64,000 nt of DNA from Bacillota bacterium (lineage in GTDB: Bacteria; Bacillota; Limnochordia; DTU087), in the NCBI GenBank assembly GCA_012735435.1, contig JAAYHH010000011.1, positions 14,141 to 78,140 of the forward strand, given 5' to 3'. A program made the translations under genes and the position numbers. Positions 1-8,692 of the stretch are shown one piece after another; the first letter of the stretch is position 1; each line of letters begins with the position of its first letter. The notes below the pieces were generated by a model, which ran no database searches, had not been told where the DNA came from, and was given only the letters and a program-made list of their open reading frames with translations.

Positions 1-316
1 CCATGCTTGAAGTGAGGAGTGCTTTTACAGCAACGCCTCCTGTGGGTCCGGTAAGTGGTGGTGTGTCAGGAGAGGAGATCTTTTGCCCAAGCCCTCCGAA
101 GCAGCCGCTAAACAGGGTGCTGACAGCAACAATCACAAGGATAGCAGGGGTGATCTTCCGGTGAGAGAACCTGTCCTTTGGCCTACATTGTGCTAGTGAC
201 ACAAAAAATCGCCTCCTTGTCCCATCAGGGCAAGGCGGCGATTAATACAGCGGCAAACTTCCTGTGCCTTCGCCTTCAGTATAGAAGGCGGTGTCAGGGC
301 TGTCAAGTACTGCCAA

Positions 317-1453
317 TCACTCCGGACCAATGGCGGCAAAGGGGTTCTTATCCAGGGAGGCTATGAGCTTCTCCTTATCTACATGGGTATAGATAGTCGT
401 TGTTGAAATGTGCTCATGGCCAAGAAGCCGCATCAACGTCCGCAAATCCTCGCCATTGAGATAAAGGGCAGTGGCAAAGGTATGGCGCAGCTTGTGAGGT
501 GTTAGCATCAATTTCTTACTCTCCGGCAGGTCGGTGAGCCGCACGTAATCCTTTAGCTTCTGCTGAATAGCTCTAGGTGTAATCCTGGTGTACTTATTCC
601 CGAGAAAAAGCGCCATCCGGTGCCGGCCTTTAGCTTTGTGGCCGGGACGCACCTTCTTGTATTCTGCCACTGCTTCCCGCACTGCGGGAGGCACTGGGAC
701 AGGACGGTTTCTACCGCCTTTCCCGCCGGTAACCCTGTAAAACTCAGTATCCGGTCCTATGTCATCGACATTCATCTGCACGACTTCTCCAATCCGCAGG
801 CCCATACTCAGCATAATCAGAAAAATGGCATAGTCCCGCTGGCACCCGTGCTGCCGGACGGTATTTAGAAAGGTAAGGGCCTCCTGAGCAGTTAAGTGCA
901 TGGGGGCTTCATTGCGGTGAATGGTCTTGGTCTGCAGATCTCGGATTAAAGAGGGGTCTGACAAAAGCTGATGGTCAAAGAGGTAGCTGAAAAACCGCCT
1001 CACGGCCACAATCTTGCGGTTGAGAGTGGTTTGGGTATACCCCAAGGTTTCTTTGAGGAATAGGAAATATCCGACCAGATCATCGGCTGTGACAGCCTCA
1101 AGATCCACGGTAAAACTGTCCAGCAGCCGACTGGCCTCAGGTCCCAGTCTGTTATCGTTGGCTGCAAGGGCAGTTTCCAGCCTGTGATATGCTGTCTTGT
1201 CCTGGGGCGGAGTTACACAGTCGCATCGGCCCAGAACAAGATGCAGTTTAAGAAGGCGCAGGTCCGATCGGTAAGCTTTGGCCGTGTTGAGGCTCCGGTT
1301 GATGCCCAACGCGGCGATAAATCGTTCAACTTGAAGGTCAAAGTCTAACACTGAGAATACCTCCGGTATATCCTTATGTAGTGTTGATTCGCTGCAGCCT
1401 AGGGCGCTTCCTTGGTTTTGACTGATCTTGCTGGAGGGACCCGCAAGAGACAA
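317..1453 (-). CDS. site-specific tyrosine recombinase, XerC/XerD family
   Basis: C-terminal catalytic motif HKLRHTFATALYLNGEDLRTLMRLLGHEHISTTTIYTHV (R..H..R..Y signature of tyrosine recombinases). The N-terminal SAM-like core-binding helices (FIAALGINRSLNTAKAYRSDL ... LVGYFLFLKETLGYTQTTLNRKIVAVRRFFSYL) are arranged as in XerD. About 40 aa of N-terminal extension is probably not translated. Confidence 0.8.
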   Translation of the reverse strand: MSLAGPSSKISQNQGSALGCSESTLHKDIPEVFSVLDFDLQVERFIAALGINRSLNTAKAYRSDLRLLKLHLVLGRCDCVTPPQDKTAYHRLETALAANDNRLGPEASRLLDSFTVDLEAVTADDLVGYFLFLKETLGYTQTTLNRKIVAVRRFFSYLFDHQLLSDPSLIRDLQTKTIHRNEAPMHLTAQEALTFLNTVRQHGCQRDYAIFLIMLSMGLRIGEVVQMNVDDIGPDTEFYRVTGGKGGRNRPVPVPPAVREAVAEYKKVRPGHKAKGRHRMALFLGNKYTRITPRAIQQKLKDYVRLTDLPESKKLMLTPHKLRHTFATALYLNGEDLRTLMRLLGHEHISTTTIYTHVDKEKLIASLDKNPFAAIGPE

Positions 1454-1553
1454 TCAGGGAAGAGCCTTATGTGAAAAGCTTGTAAGACCTTATGATGGTG
1501 TTTATCAGCAGAGCGACAGGACAGTTGGATAGTTATCAATGCCACCAGGATGC

Positions 1554-1955
1554 TTAGGTGTCAGCAGGGCACTGGCGCCTGTAAAGATGCTGATCAAGGC
1601 TGAGGCACAAGATTTTTCTTCTAGATAAATGGCAAACTTCCCTGCATTGCGCAGAAGATATATTATGCGAAGTGGCGAATGTGGTTATTCTGGGTAGTCT
1701 ATTGCCTCCGGCTATGCCTCTAGGTCTTGTCTCATGTCTTGCTAAGCGACCTATCAACTCTTTCCCTCGCATTGCTGTCAATAAGTAATCGTTAGTTTCT
1801 TCCTTTTGAAGTTTCGAATGTATTTGGATGCTAAACGTGAAGCCATGGGTTTTAAAGCGGCTGTAATCCTGTGGTCCAACGGCTTCAATGGAAAGTGTAA
1901 TATCAAATGCCCAGCGTGCCACAGAACCATCAGCTTCATTGGATGGATCGCGCAC
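1554..1955 (-). CDS. hypothetical protein in an AT-rich spacer; possibly a gene remnant
   Basis: 133-aa ORF in a 440-bp AT-rich stretch between yneA and the recombinase. It overlaps a second weak ORF (1778..1993). Codon usage looks poorer than in neighbouring genes. Confidence 0.2.
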   Translation of the reverse strand: MRDPSNEADGSVARWAFDITLSIEAVGPQDYSRFKTHGFTFSIQIHSKLQKEETNDYLLTAMRGKELIGRLARHETRPRGIAGGNRLPRITTFATSHNISSAQCREVCHLSRRKILCLSLDQHLYRRQCPADT

Positions 1956-1992
1956 GGATTATAGCCCAGACACTCACACATGTGTTTCATCA

Positions 1993-2373
1993 TCAGTTGC
2001 GACAGACTGCCATCGACGGAATCATCAGTATCTGTCCCGGCTGTAGATTCACTGACTCCAACTGGTTCAGCTTCCTAATCTCATAAACGGTCTTACGGGG
2101 ATCAGTCCCGGGTTTTGTTCTGCGGGCAATGTCCCAGAGTGTATCTCCTTGACGGACTACCACCGTTTTGTAGCTGGGTTCAGGCATGCTGTTGGATACT
2201 ATCCCAGCACTGACATGGAGCCCAATGAGCACAGCTGCCAGCACTACCAGAAACATACCAAAGAGTTTTGCCCGTAGAGATATGCCGGTACGCCTCTTAA
2301 GAGCCGTTTGGACGTACTTCCCGTGAGATCTAGTATTCATGCCGCCAAACCTTGGTTTTATCATATCAGCCAC
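1993..2373 (-). CDS. yneA: LysM-domain membrane protein, YneA-like SOS cell-division inhibitor
   Basis: One N-terminal TM helix (FGMFLVVLAAVLIGLHV) plus a C-terminal LysM motif (YKTVVVRQGDTLWDIARR...YEIRKLNQL...LQPGQILMIP). It is transcribed divergently from lexA and shares LexA boxes with it, as yneA does in B. subtilis. The likely start is the internal Met (MNTRSHG). Confidence 0.6.
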   Translation of the reverse strand: MADMIKPRFGGMNTRSHGKYVQTALKRRTGISLRAKLFGMFLVVLAAVLIGLHVSAGIVSNSMPEPSYKTVVVRQGDTLWDIARRTKPGTDPRKTVYEIRKLNQLESVNLQPGQILMIPSMAVCRN

Positions 2374-2410
2374 CTCCGGAACAGATGTCCTCTAGAACGG
2401 ATGTCCGTGA

Positions 2411-2424
2411 CGAACATATGTGCT
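2411..2424. promoter_or_regulatory. LexA (Cheo/SOS) box 1, CGAACATATGTGCT
   Basis: Matches the Gram-positive LexA consensus CGAAC-N4-GTTCG with one mismatch. It sits in the lexA/yneA divergent intergenic region. Confidence 0.7.
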
Positions 2425-2439
2425 ATCTATAGAGTAACA

Positions 2440-2454
2440 CGAACAACTGTTTCG
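2440..2454. promoter_or_regulatory. LexA (Cheo/SOS) box 2, CGAACAACTGTTTCG
   Basis: GAAC-N4-GTTT(C) variant of the Cheo box. Confidence 0.6.
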
Positions 2455-2479
2455 GTCAAGACAAAAAATGGTATAAAGA

Positions 2480-2494
2480 CGAACGGGCGTTTGC
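2480..2494. promoter_or_regulatory. LexA (Cheo/SOS) box 3, CGAACGGGCGTTTGC, overlapping the lexA -35
   Basis: GAAC-N4-GTTT motif overlapping the TTGCAA -35 element of the lexA promoter, consistent with autoregulation. Confidence 0.55.
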
Positions 2495-2520
2495 AAAGCC
2501 GTTAATCCCTGTGTTATAAT
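2491..2520 (+). promoter_or_regulatory. sigma-A-type promoter of lexA
   Basis: -35 TTGCAA at 2491-2496, an 18-nt spacer, then -10 TATAAT at 2515-2520 with TGT immediately upstream (extended -10 like). It lies about 45-60 nt upstream of the lexA start. Confidence 0.6.
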
Positions 2521-2561
2521 GGAAAAGACTAACGCTGGAACGGATTTTTCAGGTAACTGCC

Positions 2562-3200
2562 TTGGGAGGGGGCCAGCTCATGCGAGAGCTCACGGAGCGA
2601 CAGAGGGAAGTGCTGGAATTTATCAAGGAACGGGTTCGGGAAAAGGGATATCCCCCATCTGTTCGGGAAATAGGCGAGGCTGTGGGGCTGCGGAGCAGTT
2701 CTACGGTGCATGGACATCTTCGGCGCTTGGAAAGTAAAGGATATATTCGACGGGATCCCACTAAACCCCGGGCAATAGAGATTATCCATGATGATGAGCC
2801 CGCAGAGAGTCCCATGATAAAGGACCTAGTGTCTGTTCCACTTGTAGGAAGTGTTACAGCCGGGCAGCCCATCCTGGCCGTGGAGAACATAGAAGATTAC
2901 GTCCCTCTTCCCAGGGACTTTGCGTCAGATGAGGCTACCTTTATGCTGCGGATCAAGGGAGACAGCATGATCGATGCAGGAATCCTCGATGGCGACTATG
3001 TCGTGGTGCGGCAGCAGCCGGATGCCACCAACGGAGACATCGTAGTGGCACTCTTACAAGATGAAGCCACAGTGAAGCGCTTCTATCGAGAAGCCGATCA
3101 CGTACGGCTGCAGCCTGAGAATCCCCTCTATGATCCCATCATCACTACCGATGTGCAGATCTTGGGGAAAGTCATCGGAGTCCTGCGGAGGCTCCACTGA
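2562..3200 (+). CDS. lexA: LexA repressor
   Basis: N-terminal wHTH ([37 protein letters not shown]) and a C-terminal S24 peptidase domain with the Ala-Gly cleavage site (VTAGQP) and Ser/Lys dyad region ([12 protein letters not shown] ... [13 protein letters not shown]). The likely start is 2580 (MRELT). Confidence 0.95.
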   Translation: MGGGQLMRELTERQREVLEFIKERVREKGYPPSVREIGEAVGLRSSSTVHGHLRRLESKGYIRRDPTKPRAIEIIHDDEPAESPMIKDLVSVPLVGSVTAGQPILAVENIEDYVPLPRDFASDEATFMLRIKGDSMIDAGILDGDYVVVRQQPDATNGDIVVALLQDEATVKRFYREADHVRLQPENPLYDPIITTDVQILGKVIGVLRRLH

Positions 3201-3304
3201 AAACTTAGAATGCTCTCGGCACGGAAGCAAGGGGACCAAATCGGATAGTTTCCAGGTTCTCGCCGGCCCCCTGCTTCCCCGGTCGAGCGGTTTATGATAT
3301 AAAC

Positions 3305-3679
3305 CTATGAGGCCGAGTTCTCGTATTCTTCCTTAGTAATGAAAGTGCCGGATTCCAGCTGCTTGTTGACCACCCTATATGCTCCGTCGAATTCTAGGCG
3401 CAGCTGCATTCTGTTGAAACACCTATTGCCTACTATCGTCTTATTGATGAACATTTGGTATCCTTGGCTGCCTGCTTCCTCTCGCTGGATTTCCGATGAT
3501 TTGCGCAGGCGCAAAGCTAGCTTTTCCCCGCATTTGCTGCACTGAACGTAGACCCATACCGCATCCCTGGTAACCTCTACTCCCGGCTGCCTCGGGGCCT
3601 GACCCGCAGATGTCAATTTGTTCACCAGTTTCGCCAGTAAGCTCAATCTTAAACCTCCATAGCCTTTTCTGCTTGCCAT
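3305..3679 (-). CDS. hypothetical protein
   Basis: ORF only. It has a CxxC pair (QCSKCGEK). Its 3' end is convergent with lexA. Confidence 0.3.
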   Translation of the reverse strand: MASRKGYGGLRLSLLAKLVNKLTSAGQAPRQPGVEVTRDAVWVYVQCSKCGEKLALRLRKSSEIQREEAGSQGYQMFINKTIVGNRCFNRMQLRLEFDGAYRVVNKQLESGTFITKEEYENSAS

Positions 3680-4068
3680 TCCTCAGACTCACTTGCCAAA
3701 GCACCCGATGTCCTCAGGACCTGCATCTGCTCCGAAGTCATTCCCAGCAGTGTGAAGAACATCTCCAGTGCCTGTTCTGTGCCCCGGAGCTGGGGATCAG
3801 CATTGTCCTGGGTACCAAAAAGAGGTAGTTTGGCATACTCCGCTGCCGCGGTCTTAAACGCCAAATCTACCCCTCTTGCTTCTACTAGCTCCATCAACTC
3901 AGTGTATTTCTGCCGTCGGCTTTCAGCTTGCACTTTCCAGAAATCGGGGTTGGATGTCAAGCTGCTGGCCAGAAGATCTTGCTTGGCTAGGCGCTTGAAC
4001 TTCTTCAACCCCCTGAGTACATCATCTTTGGCTACTTGTATCATTACGCATCCCCCCTCAATTGCCAT
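3649..4068 (-). CDS. hypothetical protein
   Basis: ORF only. No motif recognised. Confidence 0.3.
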   Translation of the reverse strand: MAIEGGCVMIQVAKDDVLRGLKKFKRLAKQDLLASSLTSNPDFWKVQAESRRQKYTELMELVEARGVDLAFKTAAAEYAKLPLFGTQDNADPQLRGTEQALEMFFTLLGMTSEQMQVLRTSGALASESEEWQAEKAMEV

Positions 4069-4323
4069 CGCTTACTTATTACTTCTACCCGATATTAACA
4101 AATCCTTTCAAGGTAAAGAGCGAATCCCAGCTTACTGGAGACTTTAGACAGCTCTGGGCGATGGTAACTTGCATATTCACGTGGTATAACCTATGCTGCA
4201 ACTGCGGGGAAAAGTAACCTAACATTAGCATTGGTTTGGTTTGCGGGTAATATGTACCCAGAAATCTTTCTTGGAAAACCCTATTTTTTTATAGACGGGC
4301 TGCGGTGCGGATCAGCGGCTGGT

Positions 4324-5010
4324 CTAGAAGGCACCGTGACGCTTAAGCTCACGGACTGCTTGAGGAGCTTGAAGATAGTGATAGATGGCCATGAAGTACT
4401 GCTGCTTTTCTTTATATGCAGCACTTAGGAGCAAATGGGTATACTGGTTTTCCCGGTCCAGTTCCAGTGCGTACTCTAGATGATATAGAGCACGATCAAT
4501 ATCTCCTCCCTGGGCATAGGTGAAGGCACAGAAATTCCGGGTCCAGACGTTGTTTGGGTCTAAACTAATGATCCGTTCAAAATAGCCGGTTGCTTGCTCT
4601 AGATCGCCAAAGGCGTAGCTGCCGAAGGCGGCACAATTGAGAAGCAGCACATCATCTGGAGAGTGACGCAGCTGATTTAGTTTATCCAAGACGAAGCTGG
4701 CGATTTCCTGCCGATATTCCTTATCGCCAGCAATGGACAATTCTTCCATTGCTTGTGCAAGCAACCCCATATTGGCGTAGGCGATTCCCCTTAGCAAACG
4801 GCTCTCTACTGTGTCGCTCTCCTTCTGGTCTTCAATAACTCGGGCCCAGTCTACAACCTGATTCTGAGGCTTGTCCTCGGCATAGACATAATCAGGCAGG
4901 ATGATCCCGGCTGCGGCAAAACAGCAAATAAGGACCATCAAAGATATATTTGCAATTAGCTGCTGCCAGAGATTATGATTTTTCATAACCCCACTCTCCC
5001 TATCCGCCAA
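4324..5010 (-). CDS. membrane-anchored TPR-repeat protein
   Basis: N-terminal TM helix (LMVLICCFAAAGIILP) followed by several TPR-like repeats (AYANMGLLAQAMEEL ..., AAFGSYAFGDLEQATGYFERIISLDPNN ..., AFTYAQGGDIDRALYHLEYALELD ..., LSAAYKEKQQYFMAIYHYLQA). Confidence 0.6.
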   Translation of the reverse strand: MADRESGVMKNHNLWQQLIANISLMVLICCFAAAGIILPDYVYAEDKPQNQVVDWARVIEDQKESDTVESRLLRGIAYANMGLLAQAMEELSIAGDKEYRQEIASFVLDKLNQLRHSPDDVLLLNCAAFGSYAFGDLEQATGYFERIISLDPNNVWTRNFCAFTYAQGGDIDRALYHLEYALELDRENQYTHLLLSAAYKEKQQYFMAIYHYLQAPQAVRELKRHGAF

Positions 5011-5295
5011 ATAACAAATCCACTCCCAAGAATGCTGTCTGCAGCACTACTGAGGCCTGAAATATCCAAATCGCCAACCTGATTAGCACTGCCAGCAGTC
5101 TCAAGCAGCGGTTCTGGTGAACTTCCTCGGACACACTAGATCCCAAAAGGCTCTCCCATGCCCAGACATATACACCAATGCCCAAGAAAACCAAAACCCC
5201 GCTTGCCAGCGCTGTGGACAGCATAACTGTACTTAGATGCATGATCATCCCCCTGGCAGCATATGCGGCTGCCGCACTAGGGGTACTGCCTCAAC

Positions 5296-6063
5296 CTAAT
5301 CCAGATTCCAACTGGCCAATTCCTTCATAAACTCCTCATGGGTCAGCTGGAAGCGGACCGGTGTGATGGAAATCCAACCATCCTTCACTGCCCTGGTGTC
5401 TGAATCGGGGCCTTCATCCATATCAACGGCTTCCCCCGTCAGCCAGTAATACGGCCGTCCCCAAGGGTCCTCCCGCTTTTCTACAAAGTCGCGGTATCTA
5501 CGGATCCCCACCCGGGTGATCTTAATTCCTTTCATCTCCTCTGCCGGCAGTCGAGGCAGATTTATATTCAATAAAGTGTCTTCCGGCAGGCCGTTTTTCA
5601 TAATAGCCCTGGCAGCTCCAGCGGCTAGCTGCGCTGCTTTATCCAATCCCAGCCACTCTTCAGAGTGATCAGATATGGATACTGCTATGGCGGGAATTCC
5701 CATGATTAACCCTTCCACTGCCGCCGATACTGTGCCGGAATACAGGACATCAGTGCCTAGGTTGGGCCCAGCATTTACTCCCGAAACCACTAACTGGGGC
5801 CGGTGTTCCAGCAGCACCTCTACCCCCAGTTTTACACAATCGGCTGGAGTACCATCCAGCTGGAAAGCCTGGACGGCACCGGGGATGCCGCTGATTTCAA
5901 CGGCCCGCAATGGTCGATGCATTGTTACAGCATGTCCCGTTCCGCTTCGCTCCTGATCCGGCGCCACTACACTTACAGTTCCCACTTCACTTAGGGCCCT
6001 GACCAATTCCCGCAGTCCCCTTGATCTAATTCCATCATCATTGGTCACGAGAATGTTCACCAT
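5296..6063 (-). CDS. surE: 5'/3'-nucleotidase SurE
   Basis: N-terminal MVNILVTNDDGIRSRGL is the SurE signature. Length is typical for SurE if the start is taken at MVNIL. Confidence 0.9.
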   Translation of the reverse strand: MVNILVTNDDGIRSRGLRELVRALSEVGTVSVVAPDQERSGTGHAVTMHRPLRAVEISGIPGAVQAFQLDGTPADCVKLGVEVLLEHRPQLVVSGVNAGPNLGTDVLYSGTVSAAVEGLIMGIPAIAVSISDHSEEWLGLDKAAQLAAGAARAIMKNGLPEDTLLNINLPRLPAEEMKGIKITRVGIRRYRDFVEKREDPWGRPYYWLTGEAVDMDEGPDSDTRAVKDGWISITPVRFQLTHEEFMKELASWNLD

Positions 6064-6074
6064 CCGGCCTCCTA

Positions 6075-6728
6075 CTACTGCCAAGTAATTTCTTTTACTT
6101 CTGGTAGAGCAGATAACTCCTGCATCAGCACCTCTAGACGAAGGTTATGGGGAGTTTCCACTTTCATTTCTACGTAGCATTCCCCATCATCGGTTGTATC
6201 TACTTTCATAGTGCGGATGTTAACCCTCTTTTGTCCCAAGAGCGTAGCTATGGCAGCCAGCTGGCCAGGTCGATCGGCAATATGCATCCGTAGAGAACGT
6301 TCCTCATGTGGGAGCAGGTACCTTTCCAGCCTGTTGACCAAGGTCAAGACTGCAAGAATGGTGGTTACAACGGCGCCTAGGTAAAATCCAGCACCAAGAG
6401 CCAGACCGATGCCAGCCACAACCCAAAGGCTGGCTGCCGTGGTAAGCCCCTTGATGCTCGTACCTTCCCTTAGAATGGTACCGGCACCAAGAAAACCGAT
6501 GCCGCTTACCACCTGGGCTGCGAGCCTGGCAGGATCCCGGGTTGTACCTATCCCAGACATCTCGAAGCCGTAGATGGAAATCAGCATAATTAAGGTTGAA
6601 CCTAGGCAAACAAGAATTTGAGTGCGAAATCCAGCGGCCCTGCCGTGGATTTCCCGCTCAAGGCCAATTAAGCCTCCGGCAGCAACGGCTAGAACCAGCC
6701 GTAGAATAATCTCCAATTGAGTCAGCAC
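6075..6728 (-). CDS. MgtC/SapB family membrane protein
   Basis: N-terminal LVLAVAAGGLIGLEREIHGRAAGFRTQILVCLGSTLIM is the MgtC-family motif. It has multiple TM helices and a C-terminal ACT-like part. Confidence 0.8.
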   Translation of the reverse strand: MLTQLEIILRLVLAVAAGGLIGLEREIHGRAAGFRTQILVCLGSTLIMLISIYGFEMSGIGTTRDPARLAAQVVSGIGFLGAGTILREGTSIKGLTTAASLWVVAGIGLALGAGFYLGAVVTTILAVLTLVNRLERYLLPHEERSLRMHIADRPGQLAAIATLLGQKRVNIRTMKVDTTDDGECYVEMKVETPHNLRLEVLMQELSALPEVKEITWQ

Positions 6729-6802
6729 CTAACTGTACCTCCCCCCGTTTTCAGCTCCCCAAAGGTACTCAAACCTCAGCCGGGATGAAGGAATTAGGTT
6801 TC

Positions 6803-7165
6803 TCAGCTTAGTTTGGTGTGGCAATTGGGACAAAATTCGTTCTCAGCATCTACCGCAGCGAAGCAGCGGTAGCAATCCCGCTTTAACGCACCTTTACAGT
6901 GGGGGCAAAAGGCAAGCCAGTCGAGGGCTTTCTTTTTGCAGTAGGGGCAAATGCGCATGGCACCTTTGGGGCGAACTAGAAGATATATGATTAAGACGAT
7001 AGCTGCACCAATGGGGCCTAACGGTCCGAGAAAAAAAAGGCCAACAAGCAGTGCGGTGGCGGCCCACAGGATGGGGTTGGCATCTCGTCCTTTAGCATCA
7101 CTGTAAGTCCAATAAGCAACTGGGCCTGCAAAGACCAGATTGATGGCCAGAGCTGTCCAATTCAT
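6803..7165 (-). CDS. membrane protein with C-terminal double zinc ribbon
   Basis: Two TM helices followed by CPYCKKK...CPHC and CYRC...CPNCH cysteine pairs. Confidence 0.5.
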   Translation of the reverse strand: MNWTALAINLVFAGPVAYWTYSDAKGRDANPILWAATALLVGLFFLGPLGPIGAAIVLIIYLLVRPKGAMRICPYCKKKALDWLAFCPHCKGALKRDCYRCFAAVDAENEFCPNCHTKLS

Positions 7166-7329
7166 GAATGCGGCGCTGTTTTCCAGAGCAATCCTTTAGA
7201 CGCGCCTTCTCCCCTTTCTTTGTAGACATTGGGCCTCCATCCAAAAACGAAGGAAGTCCATATTGCCAGTATTTCGTCAGACAGCCCAAAACCCCTGCCC
7301 TTGAAAGCACATGGTTTTTGCCAGTCCTG

Positions 7330-7980
7330 CTATAGCTGTCTTCCGATCTTAGCCTTAATCCGGCAAAGGGCATTATCAATAGACTTGGTATGGGTACCCA
7401 GCTCTTCGGCCATCTCTTTGTAAGATAACCCGTTGATGTAAAGCTTGAAAACTCTGTACTCAAAATCACTGAGGACTTCTTTTATGTAGCGCTGAGTATG
7501 CTGAAGCCTTTCCCGATCGATAACCAGCGCTTCTGGATCATCTACCCTGTTGTTGGAGAGCACCTCCATCAGGGTTCGGTCTCCCTCGGCATCATAAATG
7601 GGTTTGTGTAAAGATGTGTACGAGTTAAGGGGGATATGCTTCTGCCTGGTAGTGCCCTTGATGGCACTGATAATATTGCGGGTGATGCACAGCTTGGCGA
7701 AGGACCAGAAAGATGAGGAACCTGGAGTAAAATCACGGATTGCCTTGTACAGCCCGATCATCCCTTCTTGCAAGAGATCATCATCCTCAGCTCCCTGCAA
7801 GAAGTAGGGTCGGGTCCATATGTAGACTAACTTCTGATACTTGTACAACAAGTAATCAACTGCATCTTGACGACCAGCCTGGGCTTGCTTCACGATGTCT
7901 TCATCAGGCAAATCCCGGAAGGCCTTGAACCCATCGAAATGATAGTTGAGCGGCAATGCACTACCCATGGACATGACCAC
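7330..7980 (-). CDS. sigH: RNA polymerase sigma factor SigH (Spo0H)
   Basis: Close match to B. subtilis SigH across region 2 to 4: LQEGMIGLYKAIRDF, FAKLCITRNIISAIKGTTRQKHIPLNSYTSL, DRTLMEVL, SYKEMAEELGTHTKSIDNALCRIKAKI. Confidence 0.85.
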   Translation of the reverse strand: MVMSMGSALPLNYHFDGFKAFRDLPDEDIVKQAQAGRQDAVDYLLYKYQKLVYIWTRPYFLQGAEDDDLLQEGMIGLYKAIRDFTPGSSSFWSFAKLCITRNIISAIKGTTRQKHIPLNSYTSLHKPIYDAEGDRTLMEVLSNNRVDDPEALVIDRERLQHTQRYIKEVLSDFEYRVFKLYINGLSYKEMAEELGTHTKSIDNALCRIKAKIGRQL

Positions 7981-8071
7981 TCCTTTGGCTCAAGAAAAAG
8001 AATGCTATGTTATCAATATCTACCAAATTGTACAATTCAACACAAGTACGGCAAATCCTTCAATCCAGCCG

Positions 8072-8128
8072 GAAAACGAAATATGCCCTTCCCGTCTCGT
8101 TCATCAGAACGCAGAACGGTAAGGGCAT
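8072..8128 (-). terminator. putative intrinsic terminator downstream of speD
   Basis: Imperfect roughly 15-bp hairpin (ATGCCCTTCCCGTCTCG ... CAGAACGGTAAGGGCAT) followed on the minus strand by ATTTCGTTTTCC. Confidence 0.45.
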
Positions 8129-8185
8129 GTCACGGACAACTACTCTCTTTGGAGTAACACATATAACTCCAGCTTCGCCTCCTTT

Positions 8186-8569
8186 TTAGGTGGCTTGTGG
8201 ACTCTTCACCATCCCTTGCTTTATCACTCCCCTCTTTACCTCAGAGGAGTCGGTATCCTTGGCCTTAAAGTGCTCGAGCATGTAGTTCAGCGCATTCCAG
8301 GGATCAACTGTATCCCCGCAGGTGAATACGTCAATGGCAGCATACTCGTATTCCGGCCACGTATGAATAGCAAGGTGGGATTCAGAGATCACCACAACAC
8401 CACTTACTCCTTGGGGCGCAAATTTGTGAAATGCAACTTCCCGCACTTCCGCCCCAGCGTGCAGCGCCGCCTGTACCATGATGTTTTCGACCTGATCTCT
8501 GTCGTCCAATACCTTAGGATCACATCCATATGCTTCGCACAGGACGTGACGACCCAAAGCATTTTTCAT
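8186..8569 (-). CDS. speD: S-adenosylmethionine decarboxylase proenzyme, small pyruvoyl type
   Basis: Motif ESHLAIHTWPEYEYAAIDVFTCG, with the self-processing serine in ESH. About 125 aa. Confidence 0.85.
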   Translation of the reverse strand: MKNALGRHVLCEAYGCDPKVLDDRDQVENIMVQAALHAGAEVREVAFHKFAPQGVSGVVVISESHLAIHTWPEYEYAAIDVFTCGDTVDPWNALNYMLEHFKAKDTDSSEVKRGVIKQGMVKSPQAT

Positions 8570-8692
8570 TCCATTCCCAGCCCCCTTCCGGTCTCTCCAC
8601 CCTTCTGTTGATGTGTGGTTTACGACTTTAACAAGAACATTTTAGCAGACCTGCCCTGCATGTCAAGCAGTGCAGGCTTAGCTTACTCCTCC

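Noticed and set aside
317-1453. Possible duplicated N-terminal SAM-like domain, or a prophage integrase
   Set aside because: The two N-terminal helical segments map onto the two halves of a single XerD-type core-binding domain. No phage structural or repressor genes are adjacent, so it is called a Xer-like recombinase rather than a prophage.
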